Positions 26,131 to 39,749 of a stretch of DNA of 64,000 nucleotides are shown here, piece by piece. How positions within the stretch are numbered: position 1 is the first letter of the stretch; the number at the start of each line of letters is the position of its first letter. The position numbers and the translations under genes are program-made. The stretch covers positions 1,922,001 through 1,986,000 of the forward strand of contig CM102284.1 of assembly GCA_046563655.1 (NCBI GenBank), written 5' to 3'. This stretch comes from Yuukianura sp. NJ FZ-2021. Taxonomy: Eukaryota. Under the pieces are notes generated by a model. It saw only the letters and a program-made list of their open reading frames with translations, was not told the DNA's origin and made no database searches.

Positions 26131-26934
26131 CACAAATATTACGACAAGGGTGGCAACAGCGCTGAGACAAGGTTTTCAACTTCTAAGCTGTAACGCGGGA
26201 ACGCAATTTAAAATTTGAATTTTTAAAGCGATTTTGCAATTTGTAGTATGATGTTGCACTTTCATACCAATTGGCATTTCCAAAACTATTTTTAATTTTT
26301 ATTTTATTACGTTTAGTGTATATAATATTCACCTGCGTAAAGCAAGCTAAGTTATTAATAAAGTTACAGCTAATATTCATACTATGTTTATAGTTATACA
26401 TTGATTAAAGTTTTCAAATATTCAAAATATATAAATAACTAAACTAGCAATAAGCAACATTGTTCTTTCTCATGTGAAGTGCATTTTGATGCAAAATTAC
26501 AATTGCGTATTCTGAAATTATTGTTGAATCCAGCAACAAATTGCGGATTCCTTATCTTTTCTTTTTATCTTTGGGTTTCGGATCTTTTCTTTTGAACTGT
26601 TTAGTGTGAAATCTCAGAGAGGTGTTGAGTTTTTAATTAGCAGTAAGTTAATCGGTAAATGAGCAGGTATCAGTAATCATCAGAACTTCATGTCTACCAA
26701 CACGGATATAAGCGGTTGAAGATGTGTAATTGAAAGGAGGAGACGATGATGTAAGTTTTCCTGTTTCTAAGTTCCTCAGCTGATAATGGGGCTGTTAAAA
26801 CTATCCCTTTAGAATCGTTTAGGTCGTGTGTTGTCATGGTGAAGTTCGGGATACGATGTATTGATTCCTGTAACTTTTGGTTTGAACAGAGGAGTAAATA
26901 CTGAACGCGAGTGCTTATTGGATAGCAGTTGACC

Positions 26935-29900
26935 ATGGCCAATTCATCGTCAGTGTCCAAAATGTCAAAGTGCAAAAAGGTCAGAAGATACCTTCCTGCA
27001 TTAGTTGCTTGGTTTCTACTTTTGTCTATCACCTCACTCTTCTACGCGTTTCCGTAAGTACAAACTAAGTCATTCACATGAAAAATAGAATCATTCAATT
27101 GACGTGCTTTGTATTTTTAAAGGGCTGTTTGGTTATACCATGAGTACTCAATTTGGATACTCGTCGGTGAAGCGGTTCTCACCGTCATTGTCATTGCCAT
27201 GTTCTCTTTGGCCACTTTCATGGATCCAGGCATAATTCCCAAAGGTTCATATGAGTCTGCTGTTGCTGATGCAGTCGAAGCGATTACTTTCTAATTCCAA
27301 TTTTTGTCTTATCTTGATCTTTATGTTTGGTTAGCTCCTCCAGGGGAAGATAACAATGATGACCTTACTGCTCCGCTCTACGTTACAGCTGATGTACGCG
27401 GCATCTCAGTTCGAATGAAATGGTGCATCACTTGTCAGTTCTATCGTCCGCCACGATGTTCCCATTGTAGCATTTGTGACCATTGCATTGAGGTATTGCC
27501 AAATTCAAAACCCATATTCCGTAATGATTGTTTTATGACTCAGAAGCAATTAATTTTCTTTCCTTTGTATTTGATTCCAATAGACCTTTGATCACCACTG
27601 TCCATGGTAAGTTTAGCGTCAATTGTTTTCCGTGAGTGTAAAATTGGAGGGAGGAGCTCAGCCTCTACTTACTTTTCATTTTACCTGTTTTAGGGTGAAT
27701 AACTGTATTGGACGTAGGAACTACAGATACTTTTTTGGATTTCTCATGTCATTGTCTCTTCATATGATGTTCGTGTTCAGTCTCTGCTTGATATTCATTC
27801 TGCATCACACAGATCGGATATCACACTTGTCAGATCATCGAATATTCATCACGTAATTTTTCATCTTTTTATGCATTTGCCTTATTCTGCCCCGATCCTT
27901 CCTTTTATTAGTAAATCCAACGTTACACTCTCTTGATTTAGGATCTTCATTATGGTTCTGGATGCTATACTCTGGTTTCCTGTCTTTGGATTGGCCATTT
28001 TTCATGTCGTGCTTGTATCACGCGGAAGGACGACTAACGAACAAGTCACAGGAAAATACGCAGGAGGTTTCAACCCATACTCGAAAGGTTGTTTTTCCAA
28101 CTGCTACTTCACGCTCTGCTTCCAGCCGTATCCTTTGTAAGTATTTTCAGTAAAAACGTTATGTAAACAAAAAAGAACGTCGCATACACAAAACTTCGTT
28201 TTGTTTATATTGAGTGTTAGTGTTATGGTCTGAAAATTGTTTAAATCTCAGGCTTTTGAAGAACAGCAAGACAAAGGCACTGTCTCAGGACATGACAGTT
28301 GTTTATCAAGCTTCTGCTGCTAGTCATCCGGATGGTGGGTCAAAGGGCAAGAATTATCACCCTGCTACTCCTATGTCGGCTGCTGGAAATCAGGTAAAGC
28401 TTTACGTGGACAATGGGCCGTCCAGAACAAATTCGAAATCCAGAAACGTTGGGCTCCCCACACTCCACTCTCCCAGAGACTATCGGCCGGTGAGTTCCGC
28501 AGGCATTTCCAATTTTATTTTCTTTCTGTTTTCATCTTTGTTTGGTGGTGGTGGAACTCTTGCTGGGTTTGGGGCTTTCCGTTTCGGTAACTCGCTTTAA
28601 AATGTACATAAGTTTAACTAACTTCTCTGTGATCTGTTTAGTTTAGTGATAAAGTTGGAGTCTGATCCACGTCTTAAGCTAAAACATGCGGAGAATACAT
28701 TCTACCAAGTGCCTTAGAGAATCAGTGAACAGCGACTGACGTTTCCGTATTTAGAACTTAGATTCTAACTTTTTCGTCCACGACGATATTGCTTTGGATT
28801 TCGGGAAAAATTAATTTCGGGATTGCTAGATTTTGTATTGTTTTTGGGGAGTAGAGCTGCTGGGGAAGTGGTGTAACTTTTTGCTTTTGATTTGTGTTCT
28901 GGAAATCAGTTTTAAAAAAAAATTGAAAAACGGTTTTTAAACGTTCTGTTTCTTTAATCTTTAACATGTTTAGATGATGCCGCTAAGAGACAACGGAGGG
29001 AGCGGTGACCACCATGACGTTGAGCTTGGACTTCAATCTTCTCAAAGTTTGGACTGTGAAGGACCACAGTCTGAAACCAGTTTTTTCATGATGCCAAAAA
29101 ATCACTTCCCACATGGATCCCCACATCCCAATCGACAAACGTACGTTTGAAATTACGCTCTCTTCTCTGTCTCTCTCTTTCACTCAACAAACTTAATGGA
29201 TTCCAAATTGCGTACACACAGTATTTAGTTCAAATTGTTATAACTTTACTTTATCGTGCTACTTTACGCAAACATTTTTTGTTTTTGCTGCTTTGAGAAT
29301 CATTTGTTGCACTTTTAAGACCAATACGTATTAAACCCTTCGAGGAAAACAGCGCCAACGAACCGGTTTTTCTTCATTTTGCATTTTTCTTTCGGTGGTC
29401 ATAGTTTGTCTTTTAATTGGCCAATTTAATTAGGAACTGCATGTTTAATTGTTTTCTTTTAATTAACTTAAGTGTAATTCCAATTAATTAATCGTGAATT
29501 GTTGTCCTGTTTCGTCTTATCTAGTAAGGAATCTCATGATCAAGGAACTTCAATGCAACAGCGAATTAGAGCCATCGGAGGAGTTCCGACTCCATTCACA
29601 ACCGTAACTCCAACCAGCCCAAAACACACGTCTTACTCAAATCCGAATCAAGTTTTGGCGCGAAATTATGTTCAAAATCAACAACAACATGATGGGGGTG
29701 GGTACAATGGAGGTGACAGTCGTGATTCTGCAACGTTGTACCCCGAATCTCAACTCTACGCCCATCAACAACCTGGAATTCACAAGGACTCGTCAGTGCG
29801 CATTCTCCAACTGGCCAGTTCTCCTCAACGCGGAGCCTATCAATGGGCTGAACCTTCTCCCGCCACATGTCCGAGTGACATGCCACCCCACTATCACCAC

Positions 29901-30227
29901 CCACCTCCACCCCAACATTTGAATACGACGCTACGCAGTGTCAACAACACAACTACTCCAGAGATGGTGTTACATCGGAATGTATACGGTGGACATCCGA
30001 GTGACATGCAGCAACATCCAGGAGGTTTACGACAAACAGTAATTCAGCAACAGCAGCAGCGACCAGTTGATTTTGTTAGAGCACTGGAGATGTCCGAAGC
30101 AGCAGATAATTACAACGGAGGGGAACGCCTAAGGCGGTACCACAATCGACCAAGCGCTTCGGGATCGCCCGGAGACAATCGGGACTTGGCCAGTGTGTAT
30201 GACATGAACTACGAAATTTCAGTTTGA
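26935..30227 (+). CDS. ZDHHC8: Palmitoyltransferase, ZDHHC5/8 type
   Basis: RRYLPALVAWFLLL, MDPGIIP, VRMKWCITCQFYRPPRCSHCSICDHCIE|TFDHHCPW|VNNCIGRRNYRYFF and GRTTNEQVTGK. C-terminal YEISV PDZ-binding motif. Exons between 28500 and 29520 are uncertain. Confidence 0.93.
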
Positions 30228-31274
30228 ACAAACGAACTCCTCCGATTTTAAGTAAAACATGACAGCGTGACTTTCAAAAAAAACATAAGATTTTGAACAT
30301 GCGACTGACAGCAGGAAAATGAAGAATCTAACATCTTTGAATACGAACAACTCCAACAAAATTGAAATTGCCGCGTGTTTGTAAGTGGTGATTGTCAAAA
30401 TTTCAGAATTTTAAGGATTCCCTCCTAAAAGTTTTTTTTTTTTTTTTTGAGAATAGGCTTGCATTTTATGGTAAAATTTTTATCTAAAAGGTGACCAAAC
30501 AACTTTTGTTTTGAAACTTTTGTTTTTTGTTTTAAAATTTAAGTCAAAGTTTGGAATTATATTTGAAATTACTTTGAATTACTTGTAATTACTTTAGTAA
30601 TTGGAAGTAATTTTAAATCTTGCCATTGTTTATATAAACTAACATTAATTTTAATTAAATGTGTAAGTTAACATTTTCAATGTTAAGTTTAATCTGTTAG
30701 ACATTTTTTTTTCTTAAACAGAAGAATTGACTACTTAAAAAACTGTTTCAGATTTTAACTCATCAAGCAAAGGATGATGGAAGAATAATTTTTGTTGTGC
30801 AATGTATATTTTCACTTGGTGTTGACTGAACTTTAAGTGTAAAAATTGTCAATTGTAAAATTTGTTGTACAGTTATTATGGTGAACGCTAAAAATAATTG
30901 CAACTCTTGTCACATTTAATTTATTCCAAAAACTAATCCAAATAAAACTGGTGGAAAAAGTTTCGTTTTTTTTTCCGTTTCGAATGACGTCACACTAAGC
31001 TTTTTCACGCACAGTGGAGTAACTGCGGTTGCGCACGTCACGTTTTTTTGTTTCAACCAAATTTTGAATTCGAGGATTCATATTTTTTCCCGCCGGAACT
31101 TCCGTGTCCTGTTTTTAACGCGGAAGGCGGAAGTCGTGGTATTGGTTGTGTTTTTATTAACCAAAATTAGGTTAGCAGAATTCTGGAGCGCTGTTTGCTC
31201 ACTTCCTCCAGAAATTCTAAATTTGTCTTATATTTCAGTAAGTTTTGGTGTCAAAATTTACAGTATGTGACAGA

Positions 31275-34117
31275 ATGGCGTCGAGCTATGTTTACGCCGT
31301 TGTGTTGGCAGTATTGGTCAATTGCGCATGGGCAACGAATGTTCACCCGCTAGATCCATTAACTCCAACAGAGATTCAACAGTGTTCACAGATTATTCAA
31401 AAGTCTCAAGCGACCTCTACTGGTTGGAACTTCATTTGGGTTACGCTGCTGGAACCAGAGAAAAAGATTTTGTTTCCGCTCCTTCTGCGCGAAGATACAT
31501 CTGGATTTGGACGTATTCCGAGACGCTGCTTGGTGGTCATCATTGAACGGAATACTGGACGTGTGTTTGAAGGGCGCGTAAATTTGAATTCAAATCGAGT
31601 TGAAGCCTGGGATCAACAACCTGCTGGAACACAACCGCTTTATGCTCCAGACGAATTGAGAGCTGCCGAACGCATTTTTCGGAACGACTCGGCTGTTAGG
31701 GAGAGATGTGCGAAACTGGGATATCGAAATATGGAAAGTGTCGCTGGAGAACCATGGTAAGTTTTTAAAATTTTGAATTGCTGTTCATGATTTTTAAATT
31801 TTTGGACTTTTACAATTTTGAAATAATTTTAGGGCTATTGGATACATTGGTGATCGGAAAGAATGGGTCGGGCGACGTCTGTTACAAGTTTTTCCATACG
31901 GATTGAACTCTCCCGATGACAATCAATTCGTTCATCCGTTTGATTTCATTGGAATTGTCGACGTCATACAAGAGCGCGTGATTCAAATTGAAGATTTACC
32001 GGTTCATCATCAATTTTATCCGAAGAAAGGAAATCCAGGAGTTACCGTGCCCAGAAGAGAAGCAAATTATGACCAAGCTCTTCTTCGCGCCAACTCTTCA
32101 CAGTCATCACGAGTCCAAGGTCAACGGGGTCACCAAAAATGGACGACGATTTCGCAACAAGGGCGCGGAGATTCCCGCTCTGTTGAGAAACTGGAGCCGA
32201 CGGCTTCGCAGCAAGGGCGCGGAGATTCCCGATATGTTCAAAAACCACGTCCGGCATATACGCCTGTTTACGCGCCACTGCCGCAAGCAACGCAATTTTC
32301 ACCAGCATACCAATTCCCTCCGTTTCAACAACCGTTTTACCGATTCAAACGGGAACCCCGGCAATCTTTCGCGCCAAAAATTCCTCCTCAAGGAAACTCT
32401 TTCGCGCCAAACATTCTTTCTCAACGGAATTCTTTGGCGCCTCAAATTTCTCTGCAAGGAAATTCTTTGAGATGGGAGAATTTTCGAGTTCAAATTGGCT
32501 TCAATGCCAGAGAAGGCCTAGTTTTGCATAACATTCGATTTCAAGATGGCGCGAAGTTGCGACCCCTAATTTACCGGATGTCGATTGTGGAAATGCTGGT
32601 ACCGTATGCCGATCCGAGACCTCCGTTTCATCGAAAAGCGGTTTACGATACAGGAGAATACGGTATGGGATTTTGGGTGAATTCGCTCCAACCTGGAGTG
32701 GATTGCACTCCGACAGCAGTGTTTGGGCATGCCGCACTGAATGATATACGTGGAGGAGGAGCTACGCGCCAAAACGTTTTTTGTGCGTATGAAGAGGAAA
32801 CGGGACTACTTTTTAAACATACAAATCTCCGTAATAACAGAGTAACATACGCGAGGAATCGTAGACTGGTTATTTCCAGTATCTCAACGGTGGGAAATTA
32901 CGACTATGCTTTTTATTGGATATTTTCATTGGATGGAAGTATTGAGTTTACGGTAAAGGCTACTGGGCTACTGGATACAGAACTGCTAGCTGAAAGGGAA
33001 GCTACGTTTGGTTATGGAATTGAAATTTTCCCGCAAATTAATACTCCGTTTCATCAGCATCATTTTGTAGCAAGGGTAGATCCGATGGTAGATGGCGCTG
33101 TGAACTCTGTAGCCGTTGTGGACATCGTCCAGGACAGTGCTGAAACAGGCTCCAAACAGAATCCTTACGGTAAAAAGATTTTTTAGTTGAAACGGTTGCG
33201 GTAAGGATAAAAAATCGTCAGTGTAGCCGCACAGTGTTGCCAAGTTGTGGCTACATCATATGGCTACAGAAGCAATCCTTAATCCTTACGTCAACCGAAG
33301 TTTGTCCAATAGTTATGGTTGAGGTAGACTCGAGTAATTATCATTGTTGCGTGTTGCCACATAGTGTAGCCACCAGCAAACATTGTGTTGTGGCTATGTG
33401 GTTACTCTAAGGTGGCAACTTTTACTTAGGTTACTGTTGGCTGGACTAGCATGGCAGCATATAGGTTGACAAACAGTGTTGCCATCCGCAGGGATAAAGT
33501 GGCAACACTGGTGTTTAGATTGCGTCAACTTATCCTTACTTCAAACCAAATTAATCAACTTTTGATTTAATTGAGCGTATTTTAACTTACTTAAGTTCAC
33601 TTTTTTTGTAGGTCAAGCATTTGCAGCTAAACGGAAGACACTTGAAACTGTTGCCGAAGGCTGCACGCGGATTGATCCACTCAAAGGCCGAACTTGGGAC
33701 ATTTTTACCAACGAAGTTCATCCAAATACGAAAGAAAAACGTTCCTGGCGATTCATTCCAAGAAATACTCCACCAATTCTCATGCGTCGTGACAGTCCAC
33801 TGTTTCCAAAAGCGGGATTTTCAAATTACGACATTTGGGTCACCGAGTACAAAGACCAAGAACTGTACCCCGGTGGATTCTACCTCAACGGAAGAGGGAG
33901 CCTCCCAGAAATTGTTAAGCGGAATCCACATGCGAGTGTCAAGGACAAAGACGTTGTACTTTGGCATGTTTTCGGCTTGACGCATATGCCACGCGCAGAA
34001 GAGTTTCCGATCATGCCCATTGAAGAAACTGGGTTCGTTCTTAGACCGCATAACTTCTTTGCACAGAATCCCGCTCTCAACTACGGTACAAGCTTTACTT
34101 TACCCCAAGCACCGTGA
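31275..34117 (+). CDS. Secreted copper/TPQ amine oxidase, fungal/bacterial type
   Basis: Exons 31275-31756, 31833-33169 and 33612-34117 join in frame. Signal peptide, HPLDPLT, catalytic Asp in AVYDTGEYG, TPQ site TVGNYDY, and Cu ligands HQH and THMPRAEEFPIMP. Confidence 0.95.
33232..33510. mobile_element. MITE-like insertion in amine oxidase intron 2
   Basis: Ends cagtgttgcca and tggcaacactg, with internal tgtggctaca/tgtagcc sub-repeats. No clear TSD. Confidence 0.5.
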
Positions 34118-34732
34118 GTTTTCGCGCATTCTTTTGAATTGTTTCACGGTTTTGTGCGACTTGACATATTGATCAGTAGGTTTTATTGCTTAAGTATTGC
34201 ACCTTCCCCAAACATGTTTGTCTTGATTTATGAAAATTTAAAACTTCCACAGCATCTTTGAAAATTTTGTTTGAAACAAAGTACAAATATTTGAGTACTT
34301 ATACTTAATTATACTATTACACACATACTAGATATATTATACTTAGTATTACACAATTTCATTAAGTATTTCAGTGAAAAAGTTCATTAAGTATTTCAAT
34401 GAGTAATTTCGTTCCATAATTTCACCATTTCAGGTATTTCATTAAAAGTCTTTCACCAGAGCATTTCATAAAGATTCAATGTATATATAAATATATATAA
34501 AACATAAATATCAGGATAAATATATGAACACAGAGTGTATATATGTATATACATAAAGAAAGTAAGTTATATCAAAATATAAGTTAGTTAGCCCCGTGAC
34601 CTTTTTTTAAGTACTGACCTTGACCTTATACGAAAGAAAATAACAACATGATTCATGTTGTTAAGTTCTTACTTGGAACGATAATATGACGCGGTGTGGT
34701 GACGGTAACGACGACGTTAGCAAGTGAGATGC

Positions 34733-37331
34733 TTATACTCCTAAGATTTCTCTAGGCGACGACGTATCTCTTTTTGGATCCGCTTCAGTATTTTCATTGC
34801 ACTGTCGCTGTTGATGTCGCTTGAGTCCCCCCATTCTGCGAAACTTTTGTGGACAGAGATGGCAGACAAACTTGCGCTCAGCGTGGACCATCGTAATGTG
34901 AACCTTGAGACTCTTTTCATTCTTAAAATCCTTCGGACACTTTGGACATTTATGACGCAATTCACACTGTGCAAGATGCGTTTTCATGGTGGCCCTAAAA
35001 TGACAAAATACACTATTCATTCAATTGTTTCTTTTTTCAAAGGTTGAATTCAAAGGTGTAAATTATTTAAAACTTACGTGTCTGAAAACACTTTTGCACA
35101 TCGCCGACATGGAACTGCATTTGGACCAGGTCCGTGGTGGACATGCTGAGACTCTGTTTGCTGAGCACCTTGTCGCTCAAGTAAGCGCATGCGCAATTTT
35201 TCCATTCTATGTCCTTGCGACAAGTGGACTTGGAACTCCGAATGCTCCAAGAAAGTGGCGTTACAAATGTTGCAGAAGAAGTTCATTTGGCAAGAGCTTC
35301 TTTGAGTGTCATTCGGGATTTGAGCATATCCAACAGTAACTCGCGACGGGGGCGGAGCTTGTTGGCGTTGTGTGTTAGATTGATACTGCGTTGTTCCATC
35401 GTGGGGAACCGCTTGATTCAATAAAGTTCTCAGAAAATCTTCCCAAGTACTATCAGCATTTGATGATACTTGCGGGAGCGGAAGTGACTGATTGAGAGAT
35501 TCATTAGGTGGTCCAGTGGAAACAACCTGAAATTGTCCGTCTTGATACTGAAGCTGCTGCACACGTACTGGCATTGACGTCATTCCTCCAATATTGATGT
35601 TGTTGCTATGAGATGATTGTAGTGGATGATGTACGCATTGACTTTGGTCTGAACTTGGTCGGTATTGCTCTTGTAATGGTTGTATGAAATTGGGATAGTG
35701 CTGACGTATTTCATGTGCATGATATTGAGATTGTAAGACACATCCGCCAAAGGGCATCGGACTTAACCCTGAAGATGGACGGTATGATCCGAGATGGAGT
35801 TGGTCATAGTTACTAGGCAAAACAATTGGTGTTGTTACTGATGCTTGTGGCGGTGTAGTATGCTGTGGAGCAAGAAATAAAGCTGAACTGTCTAGAGCAG
35901 ACTGAAACGTAGTAAGATGAAGAGGCAATCGTGACGCCAGGATGCCATCCACGATAGAATCCATAATTGGATTCCTGGCCGTGTCTGTGTTTTGAATCTG
36001 ATTAAGCATCTGACGAGTTGGAACACAGTGATTGTCCAAGTGATCACCCAATGTTTCCGAATTTGGAAATGATATCTGACAGAAGTAGCATCTCAAACAT
36101 GTTTCTGGTGAGAACAGCGGTTCGTCTGGCGATTGGAGTTCGATTGGGTTATTTGAACATTGTGGATTGGTATGGGCGATATGGGTTGAAGGAGGGAGTA
36201 TTTCTTCTGCAATTTGCAACGGCGTGTGCGTCCGTAGCGCATGGTCAGCCATAACATGCGATACATCTTGTTGAGGCTGACTACCTGCTTCAGTAGTGCC
36301 TGCTTGGTCCAGATTCTGGAGGCGCGGTTGAACACGAGCTGTCGGTGGAAGGAAGATCACATCGGGCGTTTGAATGACTGGAATCCTCTGGCAAGTAACA
36401 AAAGGCTCTTCACCGGTAACGGAAACGTTTGTCACCTTTGGTGTCACATCACCTTTTTCTTCCTTTCCAACGGTGATGGCCAAATCGTTTGGAAGAGGAA
36501 GTCCTTGGAGACGCTTACTAATCAGAGAAGACGTATCGCCAATATTAGAACCAATTATTTGAACTTTGCCTTCTTCTTTTTGGTCTTGCGACGTCTCTTT
36601 GTCGTTGTTGATATGTATCGGAACTGGAAGAACTTGTTCTTCATCAGCATCATAGTTACTGCGACATTCCTTCAAATGTGACTTGAGCAATCCAGATTTT
36701 GGAAATTGTGAGGAACATCGAAAGCACGTGAACACAATCCCCACCCCTTCTTTGTACTCCATTAGCGAATGAGTCCTAAACAAGTTCAGATGTATTGAAA
36801 CACGTTAAATCATAATTAACTGAACGTAGTCAAGTAAGAATTTAAGAATTAAGGTTACTTTGAACATCCGAGTTTGTGACAAAGAAGACAAGCCTTGGAG
36901 TTAGTGGAGCTGGCATTCTCCCTGGGTTTTTCTTGGACGGAAGTGCTCGAAGTTGCTTCCAATCTGTTAAGTAGAACGATAGGCTGCAAAAACTTGACTT
37001 CATATTTCTGAACACAATGTTCCAGAGGTGACAGCTGTATTCTCGGAAGATAGAGCTTGGAGCAGTGCTCTGGCAGCAACTGATTAATACCATGCATTCT
37101 AAAATTCCAAATACGAGATGATTAGGTAGTACACAAAAAACAGGGACTTGAGCCAAAGGTATGAATGACATGGACAAGGTACCTTGAGTTAATTTCAAAT
37201 AGAGGCACTGTGCATTTGTCCGTAGTAATGTCGTCATTGCCTTCATTGTCGTGGTTGGCTTTGTGAATGAGAAACTTAAATTCGTCCTGGATAAGGACTT
37301 GACAGCGGTCACATTGAAACCAGGCGGCCAT
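34733..37331 (-). CDS. C2H2 zinc-finger protein with dispersed fingers and a Q/P-rich region, multi-exon
   Basis: Fingers CDRC..H..H, CFRC, CYFC, CNIC, CRRC, CPKC and CHLC across ORFs 37122-37340, 36855-37097, 35074-36783 and 34733-35020. The start is uncertain. Confidence 0.8.
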
Positions 37332-38067
37332 TTTCCCCAAAACTGGTAAAGTACAAAATGCTCAATCTAATCAAAACTCAAAACAACTATAAATTATATA
37401 TAAATCAATTAAAAAAAGGTGAAAAAATAACCGGATACACGCGGAACAACTACAGCTGGACTCCAGCTGCTGGAGTCACAAAGGATGAAACGAAACTTCT
37501 AATCTACCTAAATTAAAAATCATTAACGTAAACCTTGTTGGTTAATGTGGTTGGTTAATAACGGAGACTATTCCTCGGATGTTGACGATTTTCTCACAAC
37601 CTGTTGATTAGGTCGTGGATTCTGAGGTTTGGATACACCCTGCAGGTGCGGTGTAGCTAATTCTCCGAATAGTCAGAAATTTGTTTTGAATAGACCAGCG
37701 CGGTTGAAACAAGGAGTATCCGACGTCATGAAACCATCCAATGTAGTCCTTGCCAGTCATAGCGGCCATTTTTTGTAGCAAGAATGGGTGGCTACGTTAC
37801 AGGAGCAATTAATGTAGTCACATTTGCCTCAACTTAGGTGGCAACACAAGTTGTTTACCTGCTGATAGTGTAACCAACCACCAGAGGTATCATTAGTAAC
37901 AAATTTACTTTCATTATGCCTTACTCCAACCGACAGCTCTCATGCTAATTTTGTTATACCAGCTGTGTTTTGTTTATCCAACTCAATCGTTTAATTAAAC
38001 TCAAGCCTGAGTGACGACAGTGGATTAATTGCTGGGTAGTCGGATAATTAAATAACTTCAATTCAAC

Positions 38068-39749
38068 ATGTTTTGTCAGCGTCTGGTGTCTCATATAATT
38101 CGAAACAGCAATGTATCAACGCCGCTGAAAAAGTCAACGAGATATGTTCTGCTTCCAATTCGTACATCATCAACAAATCCAGGAATCAATCCCGTATTCA
38201 ACAATGTTCTTAAGCAGACAGAAAACATTCAGGCTCAGCATAGTAATGCAAGGCGATACGTCGGAGGTTGGCTGCTTGGATGTTCCGGAATGGTTGTTGG
38301 GGCGGTCATTTTAGGTACTAAGTCAATTAACACTCAATTATTTATGATGATGTTACTTTATACATGACGCTTCAGGTGGTGTCACACGTTTGACGGAGTC
38401 TGGATTGTCAATGGTTACTTGGAAACTTTTTGGAGAACGTCCACCGTTCAACCAATCGGATTGGGAGACTGAATTTAGCAAGTACAAGTTGCACCCAGAA
38501 TTCAAGATGTAAGGCAGAATTACAATGATGAAATTCCCCTTGAACTTAAATACTAATTTCCATGTTTCATTTCATTACTAGAAAAAACAGTGAAATGACG
38601 TTAGCAGAATTCAAGAAGATCTGGTGGATGGAGTATGGACATCGTACGTGGGGTAGACTCATTGGTGCAGCCTATTACATTCCAGCAGCAATTTTCTGGT
38701 ACAAGGGCTGGTTCGACAAAGGGATGAAGATCAGAGTCGGCGCGATGGGTGGACTGCTTGCTTTTCAAGTAATCATAAACTTAATGCATTTGCATACACA
38801 CATTTCATATAGAGGTGTGATCAATGTTTTTACAAAGAGTAGGGTCTCTTAGGATGGTACATGGTAAAGTCAGGACTGGAAGACAGATTTCACGGACCAA
38901 GTGACGTTCCTCGAGTATCACAGTATCGATTGGCAGCACATTTGGGTTCTGCCTTTGTTCTCTACTCACTTCTCTTCCGGTCAACCTTGGCAACCTTGTT
39001 CCCCGAACCCTTAATGTCCGAGCTGAAGGGAACAATTGCTTTACGTCGTTTCAAAATGCTGGCTCACTCATCCAAGGGGCTCGTATTCTTCACGGCTGTT
39101 TCCGGTGAGTTCTGGCCTCAACAAATTTGGTATTTTTCTCTATTTTGGAAGTTCAATACTTTCAATAAAATTTTTTTTTCTTATGTCCCGTCCCACCAAA
39201 GGTGCTTTTGTGGCTGGGCTTGATGCAGGACTTGTGTACAACTCTTTTCCGAAAATGGGCGATAGGTGGATCCCAGAAGACATTCTATCCTTTCGTCCTC
39301 TGATGTCCAACTTCACGGAAAATCCTACTACGGTCCAGTTCTGTCATCGTTTGCTGGTTTGTGCACAAAATGAATGATAACTTCGCTAGTTCCCTAGAGT
39401 TGGTTTATACGCGGTGATGTTTTGCAGGGTATTACAACCGCTTCAACTATTGCCGCTCTTTGGATGGCTAGTAGAAAACTGAACCTTCCAAGACCTGCTC
39501 GATTGGCAACAAATTTAGTTGCAGCAGCGGTGATATTACAGGCAAGTCGTGTTGTTTACATTTTAAATCACATGAGTAACTACCTGTCCTAAACTTCATT
39601 TCGAGCACTTCTTGCAGGTCACATTAGGAATCACAACTCTGTTGACCTATGTTCCAACTGAACTCGCGGCTATGCATCAAAGTGGATCGCTTTTTCTGTT
39701 ATCGGCGGCACTCTGGCTCACTCATGAACTAAAGAGGATACCGAAATGA
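38068..39749 (+). CDS. COX15: Heme A synthase COX15
   Basis: Mitochondrial presequence, [68 protein letters not shown] and LAAMHQSG. Confidence 0.96.

Noticed and set aside
31275-34117. Amine oxidase as microbial contamination
   Set aside because: Its introns have host-like poly-A/T composition and a MITE, and it is contiguous with animal genes.
35025-36681. Plus-strand ORFs overlapping the zinc-finger gene, and similar antisense ORFs elsewhere
   Set aside because: Shadow ORFs of real coding exons with no recognisable motifs.
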